Under the pieces are notes generated by a model that was given only the letters and a program-made list of their open reading frames with translations, had not been told where the DNA came from and did not search any database. A program made the translations under genes and the position numbers. DNA of 32,067 nt. It comes from Caldilineae bacterium (GTDB taxonomy: Bacteria > Chloroflexota > Anaerolineae > DTLA01). Shown piece after piece: positions 28,897-32,067 of the stretch (position 1 is its first letter; the number at the start of each line of letters is the position of its first letter). The stretch spans positions 1 to 32,067 of the forward strand of contig JBBIHX010000020.1 in assembly GCA_037446815.1 (NCBI GenBank), read 5' to 3'.

Positions 28897-30531
28897 TCAT
28901 ACTAGCGGAATGCGGACGAGGATGGCGGGGTTCTGGCCGCCTGCGCCCTCCTGCGGCTCGCAGACGCCCCCCACCGATTTCAGTTGCTCGGCGATGGACG
29001 CCAGGCATCCGATCCCCTCCGCCCCCCGCACGCAACGCCGCTCGCCGTGCGGTTTGCCGTTATCTTCTAGCGTGAGCGCGAGGGCGTGCTCGGTAACGGT
29101 GATGGTGAGAGCGATTTCCGTTGCCTCGCCGTGCAACCGCGCATGTCGGATGCCCTGGGTGGCGGCATGGAAGGCGGCCTCCGCGATGGGCATCGGGAGG
29201 TCGCCCACGGGGCCGCTGTGATCAAGCCGAATGCGGATGCTCTCCTCCGGCAACTGCTGGATGTAGGTCGCCAGAGCGCCCAGCAGCCCCTCGCTTTCTA
29301 GCACCGCAGGGCGCAGTTCAAAGAGGAGCAGGCGCGCTTCGCGGGTGGCCTCTCGGGTCAGCGCCTTGAGCGATTTGATTTCTTCGCCCACGGCCTCGGG
29401 TTGCGCCGACAGCAGGTGCTCCACGTGATCCAGCCCCATGGCCACGGCGGCCAACAGTTGGATGGGGCCTTGGTGCAACGTCCCCGCGATTTCCATCCGA
29501 ATGGAGCGCGGGAGCGCCTCCATCTGCTGTCGGGTCTCGGCCATCGCCTGTTGCAGTCGGGCGGCTTCCAGCAGGGCCGACACGCAGGCCGCCACGCTGG
29601 CGATCAATGTGGCATCGGCGGGACGGAACCCGCCCTCCCCGCGGCGATTGAAGATGGCCAGCGCCGCGCGCTTGCCTCCGGGGGCCACAATCGGCACGGC
29701 GATGAGCGATTGAAGCCGCTCCACCAGGGCCCCCTCTACGTCCGGCGCGTAGCGGGGGTCCTTCTCCGGCTCGGCGCACAGCACCGGCTCGCCCGTAACG
29801 CACACGTGGTGCAGAATGCCCGAAGGGCGAAGGCGGGCCCCGCTCCAGTCCAGCGCCTCATTGGGGATATGGGCAGCCAGGCAGCGAAGCGCGTTTCCGT
29901 CGTCGTCCAACGACGCGATGAGGCTCCCCTGCGCGCCGAACAGTTCCGACAAGACCTGCAGCGCAGTGCGAAGGGCGGCGCGCGCGTCGGCTTCGGCCAT
30001 CCACGTTTGGGTCTGGCGCAGAACGGCGCCCAAGGCCGCAATCTGGCGGTTCGCGGCATCCCTTCCCTGCGCGAAATAGAGCAGCCCGCCCAACCACGGC
30101 GCGATGTCCTGCAAGGCTTGGGCCGTCTGTGCCTCGTCGGCGGGGGCGACACACGCCGAGAGCAAGCCGATGGTGTGCTTGCCTGCGGCGAGCGGAACCG
30201 CCAACACGGTCCAATCGGCGCCCCGCGCCGTGCTGATGGGCAGGGGGCCTTCGGGCAGCGCGGTTGCGCCTCGCTTCGCCTGCTCGGCCAGGGCGCGCTC
30301 CCACGCGGCGACTCGCGCCAGGGCATCGGCAGGCCAGTCGCCTGTGCGCGCCTGCATCCCCGCGTCTCCCAGGCACATCAGCGACGCCGCTTGCGCCCCC
30401 GTATGCGCCCGCACGTCGTGTGCGACCGCGCCCAGGGCAGCGCGCAAGTCCTTCGCCCTCAGGTGCGCGACGATCTCGGCCCCCGGCGAGGCAGGGGACA
30501 TCGCCTGGTTGGGAACCTTTGCCTGTTTCAC
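28897..30531 (-). CDS. Cytoplasmic GAF-domain HisKA_3-type sensor kinase-like protein with degenerate ATPase domain
   Basis: GAF (GILHHVCVTGEPVL..SLIAVPI..LAIFNR), H-box IAGTLHQGPIQ, ELRPAVL, LEDNGK; start uncertain (GTG 30531 or ATG 30501). Confidence 0.75.
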   Translation of the reverse strand: MKQAKVPNQAMSPASPGAEIVAHLRAKDLRAALGAVAHDVRAHTGAQAASLMCLGDAGMQARTGDWPADALARVAAWERALAEQAKRGATALPEGPLPISTARGADWTVLAVPLAAGKHTIGLLSACVAPADEAQTAQALQDIAPWLGGLLYFAQGRDAANRQIAALGAVLRQTQTWMAEADARAALRTALQVLSELFGAQGSLIASLDDDGNALRCLAAHIPNEALDWSGARLRPSGILHHVCVTGEPVLCAEPEKDPRYAPDVEGALVERLQSLIAVPIVAPGGKRAALAIFNRRGEGGFRPADATLIASVAACVSALLEAARLQQAMAETRQQMEALPRSIRMEIAGTLHQGPIQLLAAVAMGLDHVEHLLSAQPEAVGEEIKSLKALTREATREARLLLFELRPAVLESEGLLGALATYIQQLPEESIRIRLDHSGPVGDLPMPIAEAAFHAATQGIRHARLHGEATEIALTITVTEHALALTLEDNGKPHGERRCVRGAEGIGCLASIAEQLKSVGGVCEPQEGAGGQNPAILVRIPLV

Positions 30532-30577
30532 GAGCACCCTCTCATGGGGGCGACTCCACGGGTTACGAACGTAAGGC

Positions 30578-31252
30578 TCATAGCGTGATATCCAGAAGCG
30601 TCTCGGCGATCTCGCGGAGCGTGTCGGCGGAGAGGACGCTAATCTGCTTGGCGATCTTGAGGTACAGGATATTGGACGGCTTGAGCACAAACTCGCGCAG
30701 GTCGGGCGGAAGTTCGTCCAACCGGTGCAGGTCGCGCATTCGGCGCTCCTCTTCGCTGGGCGCGAACAGGTCTTCGTCAAAGAACCGCGCGATGGGCACG
30801 CCGCAGGCTTCGGCGGCCAGTTCCAACTGTGCGAGGGGCAGTTCCTCTTCGCCCGCCTCGCATGCCTCCAGATGCTCCGGCGACACGCCGATTTCGCGGG
30901 CCAGGTCTTCCACCGACCGCGCGGCGATGAGCCGGGACTGGCGCAGCAGGACGCCCACCATCTTGCGGCGGATTTGCATGATGGGCTGGACCGGCTCGGC
31001 CACTTCTCGGCGCTTGGGCAAGGCGTGCTCGTTCCAGAAGAAGGATACGGGCACTCCGCTCAAGTGCGCCCAGACTTCCAGCCTGGACAGCGTGATGGGC
31101 TCCTCGCCGCTTTCCCAACGCAGGATGTCTTGCTCGGTGCAGCCGAACACCTTGGCGTATTCATCGGGGAGCCTGCCGGCACGCAAGCGGGCATGTCGCA
31201 ACAGTGCCCCCAGTATCTTGTTCCGAATGGCGAGTGCCGGAGCGGCTTGCAT
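30578..31252 (-). CDS. Tandem XRE/HTH transcriptional regulator
   Basis: Two repeats: GALLRHARL..WESGE..LEVWA..GVPVSFF and GVLLRQSRL..CEAGE..LELAA..GVPIARFF; GGAGGGG SD. Confidence 0.88.
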   Translation of the reverse strand: MQAAPALAIRNKILGALLRHARLRAGRLPDEYAKVFGCTEQDILRWESGEEPITLSRLEVWAHLSGVPVSFFWNEHALPKRREVAEPVQPIMQIRRKMVGVLLRQSRLIAARSVEDLAREIGVSPEHLEACEAGEEELPLAQLELAAEACGVPIARFFDEDLFAPSEEERRMRDLHRLDELPPDLREFVLKPSNILYLKIAKQISVLSADTLREIAETLLDITL

Positions 31253-31299
31253 TGCCCCCTCCCGTTTCGCTAGATTCGCGCGCCCTGTAGCCCGCGCAC

Positions 31300-31328
31300 A
31301 TTATAACACAATCCGTGCGCGAATTCAA
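31300..31328 (-). promoter_or_regulatory. sigma70-type promoter
   Basis: Minus strand TTGAAT-17 bp-TATAAT with TG extension. Confidence 0.75.
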
Positions 31329-31344
31329 TACGTACAACCGAAGG

Positions 31345-31492
31345 AGTCGGTTTCATCTTGTGTTGGTGAAACGCATGGGGACTCTCCCCGCGTGTCATTG
31401 CGAGCGGAGCGAAGCAATCCCACGCCCCGGAGACTGCTTCGGGCACTGCGTGCCCTCGCAATGACGGCTACCAACAGACTTTGGAACCGAAT
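31345..31492 (-). mobile_element. 148-bp MITE-like element, copy 3
   Basis: Same length and termini as the copies at 14107 and 26017. Confidence 0.8.
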
Positions 31493-31530
31493 GATAGCGG
31501 GACTCGGCTCCAAGGCGGGTTGGTGTCCGC

Positions 31531-31855
31531 TGTCATCTGGGCGGCGAAGCGGCGAAGAATCTTCCTCCTGATTCGTGCGATTCGTGCGTGGCCCGGGCAC
31601 CGCGCGGGGCTAAAGCCGCCGCGCTGTGGGAAGAAGCCCCAGCCTCGGTCGCGTAGATTCGTGTGATTCGCGGTTACGGGCCTGTCATTCTGAGCGGCGA
31701 AGCCGCGAAGAATCTCGTGGGGCAAATTGCCAATACTTTACGTCATCCATGCAATCCGCGTTATCCGTGGATACAACCCTGGAGATGCTTCGCCTTCGGT
31801 TCAGCATGACAGATGGGGGATAACGTGCGACGCACCTCGGAGGTGCGTCGCACGT
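31531..31855. repeat. Mosaic of several palindromic repeat families
   Basis: GTCATTCTGAGCG..GAAGAATCTC / GAGATGCTTCG..CAGCATGAC pair, ATTCGTG repeats, GGGGCTAAAGCC, GGGCAAATTGCCAA, ATCCGCGTTATCCGTGG, and a perfect hairpin at 31823-31855. Confidence 0.75.
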
Positions 31856-31857
31856 GG

Positions 31858-32067
31858 CCCTCACCCCAGCCCTCTCCCTGTGGGCGAGGGGGCGTGGCCC
31901 TCACCCCGGCCCTCTCCCGGCGGGCGAGGGGGCGCGGCCCTCACCCCAGCCCTCTCCCGGCGGGCGAGGGGGCGCGGCCCTCACCCCAGCCCTCTCCCGG
32001 CGGGCGAGGGAGCATGGCCCTCACCCCAGCCCTCTCCCGGCGGGCGAGGGAGCATGGCCCTCACCCC
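31858..32067 (+). repeat. Tandem array of a 40-bp palindromic unit (5 full copies plus 1 partial)
   Basis: CCCTCACCCCAGCCCTCTCCCGGCGGGCGAGGG + 7 nt, starting at 31858, 31898, 31938, 31978, 32018, 32058. Confidence 0.95.

Noticed and set aside
31858..32067. CRISPR array
   Set aside because: Units are contiguous 40-mers with only about 7 slightly variable bases; no unique spacers and no cas genes

Overview
GC-rich bacterial chromosomal segment, most likely Chloroflexota (Anaerolineae-like). The taxon is inferred from gene content and repeat families, not proven. Both ends lie inside the same composite palindromic/tandem repeat, as expected for a contig broken at repeats. Content: (1) two cell-envelope glycosylation loci, namely a DPM1/GtrB-like GT2 plus a 1378-aa YfhO-type GT-C/Wzx-flippase fusion, and an operon with an NDP-sugar epimerase, an O-antigen-ligase-like/TPR protein, WecA/TagO, an NDP-sugar dehydrogenase, a membrane-anchored cyclophilin, a DedA protein and FBP aldolase/phosphatase; (2) a toxin-antitoxin-like islet (two nucleotidyltransferase-like genes, BrnT/BrnA) around a thiolase; (3) a candidate replication origin (about 7 DnaA boxes plus a DnaA-trio-like tract) between galK and a sensor kinase, with no dnaA in the window; (4) one canonical two-component pair plus an atypical response regulator and a degenerate kinase; (5) an M24 peptidase, an amidohydrolase, two half-ferritin genes and YtxH; (6) an IS4-family element inserted in the centre of a GTAG-type REP, a 148-bp MITE-like element in three copies, and several other palindromic repeat families. 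No CRISPR array, rRNA or tRNA was recognised.
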